From: Bilabrum cf. latius
Taxonomy: Eukaryota
DNA length: 64,000 nucleotides
Assembly (NCBI GenBank): GCA_965178125.1
Contig: OZ237740.1
Span: 868,001 to 932,000 of the forward strand
Direction: 5' to 3'
The position numbers and the translations under genes are program-made. The stretch's first letter is position 1. Each line of letters begins with the position of its first letter. Positions 37,535-49,685 of the stretch are shown piece by piece. A model generated the notes under the pieces. The model searched no databases. It was not told the DNA's origin and was given only the letters and a program-made list of their open reading frames with translations.

Positions 37535-40500
37535 TCTCTCTCTCTCTCTCTCTGCAGAAATACATTGTTGGGTAAAGATTCCACAAGCACCCAGATGCAC
37601 CGTTGCCCCCGAAGGAGTTCGAGTGATCACCTGAATCCAGAGGAGTCCTCAAACAAGGACTACAAGACCCCCGACCCTTTCAGGCCAAAGGCCCCCCAAT
37701 CTCAGCCTACACCGCCGAGTCCCCTTTATTCGCCATCAATGTGGTCCCCCACAAGCCCTCAGCCTGATGCCTTCACAGGGAGAAAGCATACAGGTGCGGA
37801 GCATGTGCCCGGCACAAAGCGCGGTCCAGTCCCACATCAGGGTCCCCTGCCGGGACCCACCATTTCCTCCTCCATGACCGTCTCTGCGTCTCACGGTCCT
37901 TCAGAGAGGCTAGCATGCACGCGCTCATGCCTTTGGCCCATTGCCTCTCTATGTCCCTTAGCAAGCCGTGGGGCTTAAACATCCGTCGCTGTAGCCGAGC
38001 GTTCGCATTGGTTGCCGCTATCAGCTCTTGCGTGGCCGTGGCGGCAAGAGCAGCCGCCGCATCGCCTCGCATCCACTGCCTGCACGTCAGCTACTCCTGC
38101 TAGCGTAGCTGGTTCCTGATCACCTGCACCACTCGGTTGGCCAGCTCCTTGATAGCTGTCCGTTCCGATGACCGCGCAATCGTACGCTCTATCCGAGTGA
38201 GTGCGTCTTCGACGATTGGCTTGGCCCTGCTGGTGTGCTCCAGCTTCTCGTCCCAAGGGTCCTGAGCGAGAGCTGTCTTCGCCCATGCTTTCCGGAGAGA
38301 GGCAGGGGACCTCCCTCTATTCTGATCCGCATCATCGGGTTGCCACGGTCTCGTTCCGGCATGATGGTCATGCTCGGCCCGCTCCATCTGCTCTACCGCG
38401 GTGCCCATCACTTGAAGGTTGGGCGTGCCCTGTTGCGGGTATTGTCCAGCTCGGATGCGCAGAATTCGTCTTCCTTGGTGGCCGTACTCCTGCACCACCG
38501 CTGCTGTTGGCATGGCTCCTGGTCCGAAGGCATACCGTCCCTTCGTTGCGTACCGGTTAAGCATGACCACTCCGAGCGCGGCTCTCTCCCGGTCCCAATC
38601 CGACAGTGCCGGATCGTGCGAGCATCCCAGGCTCAGACTTGTGAACGATCGGTCAGCAGCTCCGGATTTGGATTTCCTCCACTTTGTGACTTTTTTTGCA
38701 GTCTCCTGGCATCCCAGCCAGTCCTTCGCGTCATCGATCCGTTGGGTCCACCCTGCCATCTTGATCCTGAATCCCAGTGCCAGCGCGGCCCCGAGTGGGC
38801 CTGTCTGTACTGGTGGTCCCTGCAGGAATCGGCCCTGGTGGATGAACCTGGCCGCAACATCAAGGCCCTTCTTCTAGGGACACTCGATCAGGTCCAGCAG
38901 GCCCATAGCAACACGCCCTGCTGCCGATGCCGTCAGCAGCTCAGTGTCCATCGCAAGGTTTGGCACGTATCGACCGCCTATGGTGAAGGGCCTTACCTGT
39001 GTCGATCCGCTGACAATCATCCAGCGCATATCCAGCAGGAATTTGTCCAGCATCTTGAGGACTTCCAGGTTCAGTTCCATCCCGTAGAAAACTTGGGAAC
39101 CATATCCTAATCCTGACAAGGTGTCCCACCCTGTTGCACATGCCGCTGCCTCTGCTCCGTAGAATGCACTCGTGATTGCTCCTGCATGGAGCAGCTGGGC
39201 GTGCAGGGAGACCGCCCAGTTGCCGTTCACCGCCGCTCGTGTGATGTCCCTGGCCGCCCGGTACGCCATCGCAATCCTCCTGCGTACGTGGGGTGCCATA
39301 TCAATTACCCAGATGTCTCTCGCCTGCGTCAGCCCAGCTACTTCATCTGGGCTGATCCGTACCGGTTGGGTCGAAATGAGTAGACCGAGGTACAGGTAGG
39401 ATGAGGCAAGTGGGATGGTCCACTCCCCATCCGCCTCTCCCGCGTCCGCTGCTCTGCATGCGACGCCCTCTGGCATGTCCCCAGGAATTGAGTCCCGAGC
39501 GTAGCCAAAGGCCATGATCGCTGTCTTGGTTCCCTGGCCCGATGCTGTCAGGGGCTTGATTCCCAGCTACATGCCCGCAAGTGCAAACAGGCTCTTGACT
39601 AGCTTCATGACCGCCACTGCTTCGTTCCAGTTCGACGTCAGTGCCACGTAGTCGTCTGCGTACCCGACTTGTCCACATTCAACGTATCGTCCGGTGTCGG
39701 TCACGATCCTTTGATGGTGCCCGTGCTGGAGCCTCTCTTTCCGCAGCGTTTCCAGGAGAACCCCCATCAGTACCAGGAAGATGGTGGGAGACAGAATCTC
39801 GCCCTAGGGGGTGCCCGCCGTCTTCTGCACTCTGGTAGAGACCCTCCTGGTGAGTGGGTCTCGAACGCGGATGGCCACCTGCATGCGGGCCATGAGAAAG
39901 CGGACCGTCTGGCGTCCCCATCCTTGCTCCGTCATGATGGCCTCGATGATGTTCCACTTGCAACTGTCAAATGCTCCTTTGATGTCAAAGAATACCAGAA
40001 AACCTCCAGCACCCCTTCGTTGGGTAATCCATTCCATCACCGCTGAGTAGGCCTGCTGGCAGTTCTTGCCGATGCGAAATCCGGCCTAATCCTGGCCGAA
40101 GAGTCCGTGGTTTTCGCAGTACCACATGACCTTCTGGTTTGCGATGGTGCTCACGACCTTCGAGAGAGACGAGGTCCAGCATATTGGCCTGAATTCGTCG
40201 ACTCCTGTGACTCCTGTGCCCTGCTTGCGCTTGGAGACCGGCCGCATGAACCCCTCCTGAAAGGCCTCAGGCTGAATCCCCGAGAAGAGTGTGAGATTAT
40301 AAATGGCCCTGAGGAGGTCCAACAGAGCGTCACTTCGCCGCAGACACCCGTCCTCCTCAGAGCATGGCTAGCATTTGGTCAGCAATTCCGCCCTGATCCC
40401 ATCAGGTCCCACAGCTTTGTTGTGCTTGAGCTTGTCCAGTGCTTGATCCACCTCTGCGTTCGACCTGCAGAATAGGTTGAGCGGTGCCGCTGCCCTGGGC

Positions 40501-43500
40501 ATGTGCGGCGCAATCCTGGCCATAAATCCGCCCACATCCGCACTTCCATTCCCACCTGCGTGAGAGAGCTGCTGTGCGTGTGCCTCTAGGATATCCTCGA
40601 CGGCCGTAAGCACCTCTCCGCCTAGGTTCGTGACTGGTTCCAGTCCTGGTGCAGCTCGTTGCTTTCTAGAGATTGCATCAGCGATCTATCGGTGGGCTTC
40701 CCTCGGACTTGCTGTTCCCAGCATGTTCCGCAGTGCGTGGCCCGTCCTGCGTGCCCCTCGCTCGGTGGTCTCGAAGATAGCCCGTCGATCATGGTCCAGG
40801 TTGGCAAGGAGCATCGTCCAGTACTCCTGTCCCTCATGGGCCTACTGGTTCACCTCTGTGCTCCCCCAGAGTGTTGCCTGCATCCGTCCATCTAGCCCCC
40901 GCTGTCGCTCTTCGAGGCGCAGGCTGGCTCGGCGATGTGCAGCCAAGCATGTTCTGGCCTCTGAAAGAGCTTGTTCCGTGGTTGGTCCCGCGATAAGGGC
41001 CTTCAGGCTGGCATGGGCTTTTCCCCACGTTTCAGCCCATCTCGTCCGTGCCGCCCAGGTCCTGCGGTGGCGCTTGCGTGACGCTTCCACGTGCCCGGCC
41101 TGGCCGGTGTTTGCCATTTGTCGGCCTGTCACAGTCTCGGCTGCTGCCGTGAAACATCCTTGCAGAAGCAGTTTGACGGAGGACACGGCCTGCGTAACCG
41201 CTTGCCCTGCAGCCTCTCGGTCAGCCGAGGTTCCCGTCGAGCTTTTGAAGTCGCGAATTGCGTCGAGCACACAATGAGTGATGTCACGGACTGCACTTGT
41301 AGCCTACCCGAATTCCTTGACGTAATAGTCCCAAACCAGGTGTTCTTGCTGCACATGCATGTCGGACACCCGTGAGTACGCTGCCCTGAAGGGGGCGTCA
41401 TCGTCCTGCTCCGTTGTTGCTGGGACTGCAGTTGCTCGCATTGCCGGGTGCTCCACTTCTGGGACTGTGACCAGCAGGTCTGCAATTACCCCCGTGTGGT
41501 CTGAATATGTGCCTGGCTCTTGAGCCACTTCACTGGACACTAGCTGCAGCTGCGCAGAAGAGGAGATGCAGATGGCATCCAGTGTGTTGCCTCCTCTGTG
41601 CGTAGGCCCGCCCCCTGCAGGTGCGCGGTACATGTCGATCATGCCCATGTCGTTCTCCAGATACCAGTCCATCTGACCAGCTCCCTCTTGGTCCCGGCCC
41701 TACGTCGGGTTGAAGTCACCGGTAACCACAAGTCGGTCCCTGGTGAAATTGCCTGCCGGTCCTTGACTCCGTCGCTGTCCAAGGGTCAGCTGGGGATCGA
41801 CCACGAAAGCCTTGCCCAATACTGAGCCCCTTGTCTCTGCCCCGAGGGCAGCCCCTTGCGGTGGGTTGTAGCAGGCTATCACCGTCAGCATGCGTCTGTC
41901 GTGGTGCAGGACGTCACATACGAGGCAGTCCGGCGCATCCAGGTCATCATCTCCCATGTCTGCCCACCGTCTCAGTACGAAGCCTGAATCTCGTTTGACG
42001 GCGACGCATACCCCGTGTGGGGCTCCGTTTCCTGCCCTCGTCTCCATCGCGTACAGGTCCGGGACGTCAGTGACATAGCGTCCTCTAGCATCCTGTGTCT
42101 CCGTGCCAACAAACACATCGGGCATCTTGGTCTCCGTAAGGGCAACCTCCATCGCTTCGAGGTTCCCTTTGCGTCCCAGATTTTTGGTTGCAATCCTGAC
42201 CTGCTTGGGCGGGGTCGTGTCCATGATCCTGATCTGATCCCAGCCCCCGCGAGTACCTTGGACGCCTCGTGGCTGATGTGCCGTGCTTGTCCCGGGGGCG
42301 ACTAACCACACAGATTCTCGGTCCCCCACTACCGCATTGCGGTTATTGATCCAGGGGAAGCACTCCGGTATCCAGGTCCTATCGGTCCTCTGCTCATCCG
42401 TTAGCATCACCCGGAGAGCTCCAAGCAGTTCCGCCCCGGTCACTCCGTCCTCCCATTGGTCTCCTGGGCGGACTGATAGGACCATGACCGGTTCCTCGTT
42501 CAGTTCCCCTCTCGTTGACAGCGTACGCACAACTCTGACATCCGCATCTCCTTCCTCCTCCCGTTGCTCAGGTCGCAGCACCAGGCAGGCATGCCTCCGG
42601 GACCCGTGTCCACCCGGCGGATTGATTCCTGTAGGGATGAAGACCTCACAGTGGGTGCGGGAGATGGCAATATTCATCGTGCCCTGGATCGCTTGGTCAT
42701 CGGTGGCGTCCGAGTTGAGTCGCTCACACCAGTTGGCAAGGCTGGTCCCCTCTTTGTCGGCTGGGTGGAGTCGCACTGAACCCCCTCGCTGCTGTGCCAG
42801 GGCCATCACTGACAGTGTGAGTCCTCGCAAGCTAAGCCCGTGGATTCCTTCCCCTTCCTCGCCAAAATAGGTGCGGAGTGTGTGCATGATGGTGGAGCTG
42901 GGGTCTAGGCCAGCTAGAACGGCGAGGGGGAGCTACGCGCATCCCTGCCAGCCTAAGTGCTCTGGCGGCCCGAAGAGGTTACCCGTGCCTACCACGAGTG
43001 GTTCAAATGCATCGTACGGAGTAGTCAGAAGCGCAGTTCCTCCGCCGCCGGGACTCCAGAGGCACTCGGCCACACTGTGTGGGATCGACGTCAGGGTTTC
43101 CTGGAGGGACTTGCTTCCGGACGAAAATGAAAAACCGTGTAGCCCCGAGTCCATTCTCATACTCAGCGGTAGATCGGCTAGTCGTACTGCGGAGTAGTGC
43201 CCTCCTGCTACCCTGACGCATCCTCTCGCCCCGATTGATCCCATCGTCTCAGTCGAACTGGGCAGGTGGCGATGTAGCGAGAAGTTCTCTCCTTGGATTG
43301 CGATGCTCATGATGGCCGTCCTCGTGATCTCTGCTGCGAGCGTGACGGAGAGCGAGCAAGGTAGCTCTCCCACCGAGACTCCGTCTGCAGTGTAGGTAGC
43401 CACCGCCTGTTGGATATACCAGGCTACTTGGGCCTTGAAGGGGTCGCTAGTGCGGCGCTGGGCTGCGGCCACCAGCGCCGCTGCTTCTTCTCTTGCGTGT

Positions 43501-43620
43501 GCCCCTGCATCGAAGTCTCTCGTGGCCATGTCCGACCTCCTCGCATACACCGACACTGACAGTTGTAGTTGGGTAGTGTGTGCTTTGACTCAGACATATT
43601 ATATTCTCTCTCTGCCGCGC
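37535..43620 (-). mobile_element. Apparently full-length APE-type non-LTR retrotransposon (LINE family 1)
   Basis: One long ORF, a structured 3' UTR ending in GTATTTCTG, and TTCTCTCTCTGC-like sequence at both ends (about 37534-37555 and 43604-43615) as a candidate TSD. Confidence 0.88.
37773..43529 (-). CDS. LINE polyprotein, 1918 aa: N-terminal unknown region, APE endonuclease, reverse transcriptase and C-terminal domain; 12 in-frame TAG
   Basis: APE motifs IATKN, GTETQ, YNPP, VTGDFN, NTLDAI and SDHTGV. RT motifs KAVGPDGI, FRPI, D*AGFR, FFDIKGAFDS, GTP*GEILSP, GYADD and YLYLG. All ORF pieces are in one frame and the ORF ends TGA. Confidence 0.92.
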
Positions 43621-43719
43621 TAGGGCAGTTTTCAGGTTAACGCACACACAACCCATGAAACTAAAAAATATGTCAGTCATGAGCTGACCCGTACTATCTC
43701 TCGGAAGGCGCTCCGAACT

Positions 43720-45102
43720 ATGGATGAAGGGAGTAGCATCGCCGAGGAGCTGGAGCTACTGCAAGCTGTTTACTCGGCTGCTGGCGAACTCAACGTGACA
43801 TCAAGTGGCGAGAGCACCACGGTACGCATCAATCTTCCAATCGTCGATGCTTCAAAAGCATGGGACGAGTGTGATGCAGCAGAATTCAACACAGGCGAGA
43901 AGGGGTGGGGGCAAACTCAATCGTTCGAGTTGGTGCGCGACATGGTCGCCGATGAGTGGGCTGTAGCTTGCCAGAAGCCCGTATCTATCCATTTCAAGCT
44001 TCCGCCAGGCTACCCCGAGAAAGCGTCCTGTAAAGCATCCGTGGACCATCCAAGCATGGTCGGCTTGCAGCGAGACCACGCGTCCCATCTGGTCGCCGCG
44101 GTGTCGCAGGCCCCTGAATTGGTCGGAAGGGCTTGCATAACTGAAGTGTGCCCACTTGCTCGAACTATTGCCTTGCGCGGTATCGCGCTGTCTTTGCTGC
44201 AAAGTTACCACTAGAGGAGCGGAGCCCAAGGCAGCTTCGTCGATTGGTTGGAGTCCCGCCTGGGTTCAGCCGCTGGCGGCGATGGCCCAGAAGAAGCCAC
44301 TGAGCCTGGTGCACCAGCTCGAGGTCGAGCAGGAAGGCGCAGGAGGAAACGGGAAGAGAAAAAAGCCGCGGCACGCCGAGCAGCTGCTCCGAAGGCAGGG
44401 CTGCGAGTGATATGGTTCCACCACATTCGTAGCCCAACCAAGCGCAAGAACATACAGGAGTGGGCAGCTGAGCTGGGCCTGCGTGGTATCAGCAAGATCG
44501 GGTACCCGGGCGTTGTGGTGGTGGATGGCGAAGACTCCAGGTGTGACGAGTACATCAGCCGGCTCAGGGCACTTCGCTGGAAGGCAATGGCGCTCAGGGC
44601 CCAGGAGACGTATGGGGGCCACACGGCTGACGCCAGTGGGGGAATTGCCTCGGCAGCACCAGCAGGCACGGGCAGCAAGTGTGAATCCAGCAGTGCCAGT
44701 TTGCCTGCTACTACACCTCCTGCATCACCAGCTGCATCTTTAACGGCTGAGTCGGGTACTTCGAGTGCCGGTGCTAGTGCTGGGGCTGGTGCTAGTGCTG
44801 GGGCTGGGGCTGGTGCTAGTGCCGGTGCTGGTGGTGGGCCGCTGGCTGACCCACCCGCTGCCACGCTGGAGTCGCTCCGCGTGTTTGGATCGGAGGTGGG
44901 GTTCAGAGAAGTGTCCGACGCCGAGGGGGGCGGGATGGGGGCAGTGGCAGATCTCCTGAAGTCGGTTGGGAAAGAGGGGCTGTTCCGCACGGCGGTGCTC
45001 AAGATGCCAGCGAAGGACCGCGACTTGGGCGAGGCTGGGGCTGGGGGGGCAGCTGGCGGTGCCTCCAGTGCAAGTGGCGAGCAAACTAGAGAGGGTAAGT
45101 GA
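43720..45102 (+). CDS. RWD-domain plus DUF1115 protein (RWDD2-like)
   Basis: EELELLQAVY and FKLPPGYP (RWD). IWFHHIRSPTKRKNIQEWAAELGLRGISKIGYPGVVVVDG (DUF1115-type). The halves join via TAG at 44212-44214. Confidence 0.8.
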
Positions 45103-45183
45103 ATCTGCAGCAATCAGAGCAGACTCTCTTTGCTACTAGAGAGGGTAAGTGAAACTGTAGCAATCGGAGCAGACTCTCTTTGC
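45085..45183 (+). repeat. 50-bp-period tandem duplication spanning the RWDD2-like stop codon
   Basis: actagagagggtaagtgaa(t/a)ctg(c/t)agcaatc(a/g)gagcagactctctttgc starts at both 45085 and 45135. Confidence 0.9.
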
Positions 45184-45296
45184 CCCGGGGAGCCCTAGAT
45201 GTGAACACCGAATTTCCGCGGCACTCTTTGAATCGCTTGGAAACCCCGAGAAATACAAGGCAGGTCGCATAATATGCGCACATTTTCATCCTACAT

Positions 45297-46181
45297 TCAT
45301 GAGTCTCTCTGCGAGCTAGCAAGCAGAGATGTTGCTGCTGCGGCCACAGCCACGACCAGCACCGCAACCGCTGAGGGTCTGCCCTCCGAGAGCCCCGCCA
45401 CGCCATTCTTGATCGAGGGCGTGCACACAACAATGGGATTATCGTTACCATCGAACTCGTTTGTCTTGAAGGGCTGTCCAGGAAACTGGGCCCGCCAATA
45501 TATAGGAATACCGTTCTCGTCCACATCGTCCCCAGATTCTGGCTCGTCACCACCGTAGTACTGCGGGCTACCGCACCGATACATGTCCTTCGAATATCGG
45601 CAAGACTTGAAAAAATTCTCGCATACGCTTCTGCACATTAGCAGGGAGCGATCTTCGGCGTCGCAACGCGGGAAGTTCAGCCAGCAAAAGTAGTTCCTGT
45701 AAGCCTCCTGACAGTCCTCATTATCGGAGAACCGCTCTGCTACCGATCCTGGAATACCGTGCTCATTGACTCCTTGCCGGGCAAGAGATCGGTTCTGCTC
45801 AACAGAAAGTCTCTGATCTACCATGCGCTCGTAGTTCAATCGAACCCAATCGTCTTTGGCCGAGATCGTATGGTTCGAGTAGAGCTCCTGAAACTTGGGC
45901 ATGCAAGCTCTGTAGCGTACCGTACCTCTACAGAACGGCAAGAAGCTCTCGAAGTCATCAAAGTCAACGCATTCACCAGATTCGTGCCCTTGGATTACAC
46001 AAGCAAGAGAGCCCTGCAGCAAAGCTGCAAGCGCTAACAACGACCTGCAGCGGCCACAGATAGATGAGACACTATTTGAACCCATGTATCGTCCTAAAAA
46101 ATACGGCAATGTTTTGCGCTACAAGGGAATAATTAGAAGAAAGGCAACTGCAAGCGTTGAAGCCAACGCACTCGTCATCAT
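45297..46181 (-). CDS. Secreted or GPI-anchored Frizzled-type cysteine-rich domain protein; 5' structure uncertain
   Basis: LPFCRGTVRYRAC and CQEAYRNYFCWLNFPRCD..LMCRSVCENFFKSC, with hydrophobic N- and C-termini. Ends TGA. Confidence 0.7.
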
Positions 46182-46295
46182 GGCACCGCGGATCCAGACC
46201 AGCCACTGGCAGCGCGAGGTGGAGCCTCAGCGCAGCTCGTCGCTAGCAATCCGCGGGTAGCTAATGCAACGCGAACTCAGCAGGGACAGACAGGC

Positions 46296-49200
46296 TCACG
46301 CAGTGATGTCCCACGTGATGGCATGCTTGCCACTCGACACATCGACACCCTTCGGGAACAGCAGGTCGTGCCCTCCCACGTTGGCGCTCACGTAGTACTG
46401 CACGACGTCCCCAGCGCGGGCCCCGGTGCTGGACACCAGATCAGACCTGAACCAGCCACGACCTTCAGCGGCCCGATCCATGCCAGCGCACTGAAACTGA
46501 CCGCCGCCTCCGCCAGCCGCCAGCTTCGTAAACCCGCCGACCGCCAGCAGCTCCGTTGCCGCCGCCGCCCTCCAGCACAGCGACACCCGAGCGCTTCCCA
46601 AATCAGCGCTCTTGCCCAGCACCAGGGCCTGCAGGATCGGCCGCCCCCACCTCCCGGGGAGACTCACCTTGGTCGATTCCACGGGCTCGGGCACGGACAG
46701 CACCGGCGCCTCTCCCACGTAGTCCATGGACGGCAGGTTCCCGGCAGGCACGTCGATGTACTCGGTGAGCAGAGACTTGGGATGCAGCACCCCGCCTTGG
46801 GCCATGTTCGTCTGCAGGTCGCTGATCACGCCCAAGTCCCCCATACTCGCCAGCGTCTTGTACACGAACCGTGTTACGTTCTCGTAGGCCCTGGAGCACG
46901 CGTCGATCGCGGGTAGCCCGATCTTGTGCGCGAGGCCGAAGCGCTCGCCCTCCGGTGCGGCCTAAATGCGCTGCCAGGCCCCTTCAAAGTCCTTCACTCG
47001 CAGCTTTAGCCGCTGAGCAGCTTCGCCCAGCCGGAAGGAATCGGGCCAGTATTCGAACTTGGCGTTGTAGTAGGCATCCGGCAGTCGGCCCACGAGCGGG
47101 GCAAAATCTCGCTCGATGAATGCATAAGTTGCATCCAGCGCCGCATCGCTCTCGGGAACGTTGGTGCCCACGTCAAACGTGACGTACGGGATGGGTGAAT
47201 CGGTCCACGTGTCGTTCCCGTCGATGCGGAGGAAGGCCTCCACGATCTCATCGAGGACACTGCCACTCGCTGCGAATGACGAAGCAGCGAATGCACGCCA
47301 CATCCCCGGCGCAGTTGCGTTCTGCACGAGTGCGTGAATATCGCTACGAGATGCAGGCGCTGATTCCACGGTGGAGATGCCAGCAGCCTGCAGCACATCG
47401 CACGGATTGCCTGAGAGCTTCACGGGCGCAGAAAGCTGCGAGCTCGAGGCCGGCCCACTCGAGCACGAGGCCGGTGCCGTGAGTCGCTCGAAGGCCATGA
47501 GCTGGGGGCCGACCTGCTGCGTCCTCCAGTGTATCGAGAGCATGCCCGTCACTCCCGCATCAACTGCCTGCTACACGTGCCTGACCATGCGGGACAGCCA
47601 TAGCTGCGGCCCGAGCAAACCCCTGTCGCCTTCCAGCCACGGGATCGCCCACTTGCCTCTCCCGTGGATCGCAGAATAGGCCGGGTCCTCGTCGCCTCCG
47701 CCTTCGTTGGGGAGGAGGGAAGTGATGGTGACGTTCTTTGCCGCAACGCTATCGATGTAGGTGCTGTTCCCGATTGGCCCAAGAGCCCACCCGCCGGACG
47801 CCAGCCGCAGCGTGTCCCAGCCTTCGAGCGATGCAGCCTGTTGCGCGATTTCGAGCTCCTATGCAACCGCCTCCCAGTCGGGTAGCGTATTTTGGATCTA
47901 AGCCCACAGCGTCAGGTACTTCACAACGTCCTCTCCGTACAGCAGTCTGGCCCGGCGAAGCATGCCGCGGTACGATGCGAGCACGTTGGGGCGAGTGCGT
48001 GGCGGGGGCTGCGGGTGATCTTTGTTCACGTACGCGGTGTAATGCCACGCGGACTGCTGTACTTGCGCCGAAACGTTGGTCAAGCGACACGCGAAGTCGT
48101 GGTCAGCCACGGGACCAGTGCGGTCGCCGTGAGCATCTGCAGCGGCTAGCATCACCTGGGGTGGGACGCCGTGGTCAAAGCAGGCGCAGTTCATCCGATC
48201 ACACAGATCCATGCACTCTTGCAGGCTTTCGTTGCCGACGTGGATGCTGCTGTGCGCGTTGCCAGTGCAGTAATTGTCTTTGTAGACGTTGTACTGCGCG
48301 GGGCCCGATATCACGACTCGCCCCGGGTCGGTCGCGTTGGCCGGGAAATTCACGGAGAGTGGCGTGCCCACTGCCAGGCTCATGCCGATACCGACGGACT
48401 TGCACACCTCGGAGACACCCGCGAAGAATCTGCCGCCTTGCTCGTGGGTCTGGTATGCAGCATCGCTGTTGGCGGCCGGCTCGGGGCAAGCATCGTCGGC
48501 CACGATGGTCTCGGCGCCCAGCCTCCCGCACTCGTGGCGGAATGATGCCGCCAAACCGCAGAAAAAATCGCTCGTGTTGGTTGGAGTGGAGCTGCCTCTG
48601 CCTGCCGGGCTGTCGGCTCCATTCAAAGTGGACCAAAACCACGTAGGGTAGGCGGCGTAAGGACTCACCAGGCTGCCGTTTGGCATCAGCAGGCCAGGCG
48701 GTCCAAACCACGTGATCATCTGAGCTGTATAATGCCTGTGGTCATCGCTATTGTAATTGTGCAGCTAGAACACGTTGGATCCGCCAGAAGCAGATTGCTG
48801 TAGGAATCGAGTGTAGCCCTCCTCGGACCAGTAGTCAGGACCCGTTGAGAAGTCATGCCATGGGAAGAATCCACGCTGATCAAATGTCTCGTGCAATCGA
48901 ATGCTGCTGTTCTACCTTGCCAATCGCGCTAGGACAGAGTATCCCGCCTCATCCATGCTTCGATCTTGAGTGGCGGCTATGCTAAGGACACGCTTCAGTA
49001 GCCCAAGACCCGCTTGAAGATTGCGAATGCTTGCAACTTGGACCTGCACTGATAATCCAAAGCCTGTTGAGGCTCCAAAGTGAAGGGAAGCGACGTTGGC
49101 CTCAAATCCGTCCTGTTCGAGATTAGCAGTGCTATCATCACCACAGCGAACATTGATCCGACCGATCTGCAGCCACGGATCAATTTGCTCTAGAATGGAA

Positions 49201-49331
49201 GCTGCGCGGACAGGGAACGCCATGCCATCATGTCCGCAGTTCTTGGACACCTCAATCACAGTAGTTGCAGTTGCCAGCTATAGGCTTGATAGCGCGACCG
49301 TGCAAGCCAGTACCACTTGAAGCAGATGCAT
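46296..49331 (-). CDS. Secreted glycoside-hydrolase-like protein (about 1011 aa, intronless) with a Cys-rich PAN/apple-like insert
   Basis: Signal peptide MHLLQVVLACTVALSSL*LATAT. Motifs RGFFPWHDFSTGPDYW, GGWALGP, KWAIPWLEGD..PQLWL and GMLSIHWRT. Four ORF pieces join via TAG. Ends TGA. Confidence 0.6.
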
Positions 49332-49413
49332 CGGTAGATTGTTGCAAGTATTCATTAAATACGCAGCTCAGATTCAAGAGCTAGACCAGCCCTATACATC
49401 TAGCTACTAGACT

Positions 49414-49433
49414 CTGAAATCTGAAATCTGAAA
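49414..49433 (-). repeat. (AGATTTC)n LINE-type tail repeat, second copy
   Basis: Plus-strand ctgaaatctgaaatctgaaa, the same unit as at 49621-49646. Confidence 0.6.
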
Positions 49434-49685
49434 AAGTCGTATCATTACATTCACTCATCATCATCACCTTCGAGATCTCACAATGGACCCTCGTCCAAAG
49501 CTCAAACTCTGTGGCACTCGTCGAGGCTCCCGAGTTCACTCAGGATGACCTAGCAGCACCTACTGCCCGCCGTGGTGGGGTTGTGGTGCAGCTAAGGCTC
49601 CTGGATCCTCGGGCTCGACCAAAATCTGAAATCTGAAATCTGATTTAGGGTCAAGCATAACCGAACAATGGGTGCTGCACAAGAC

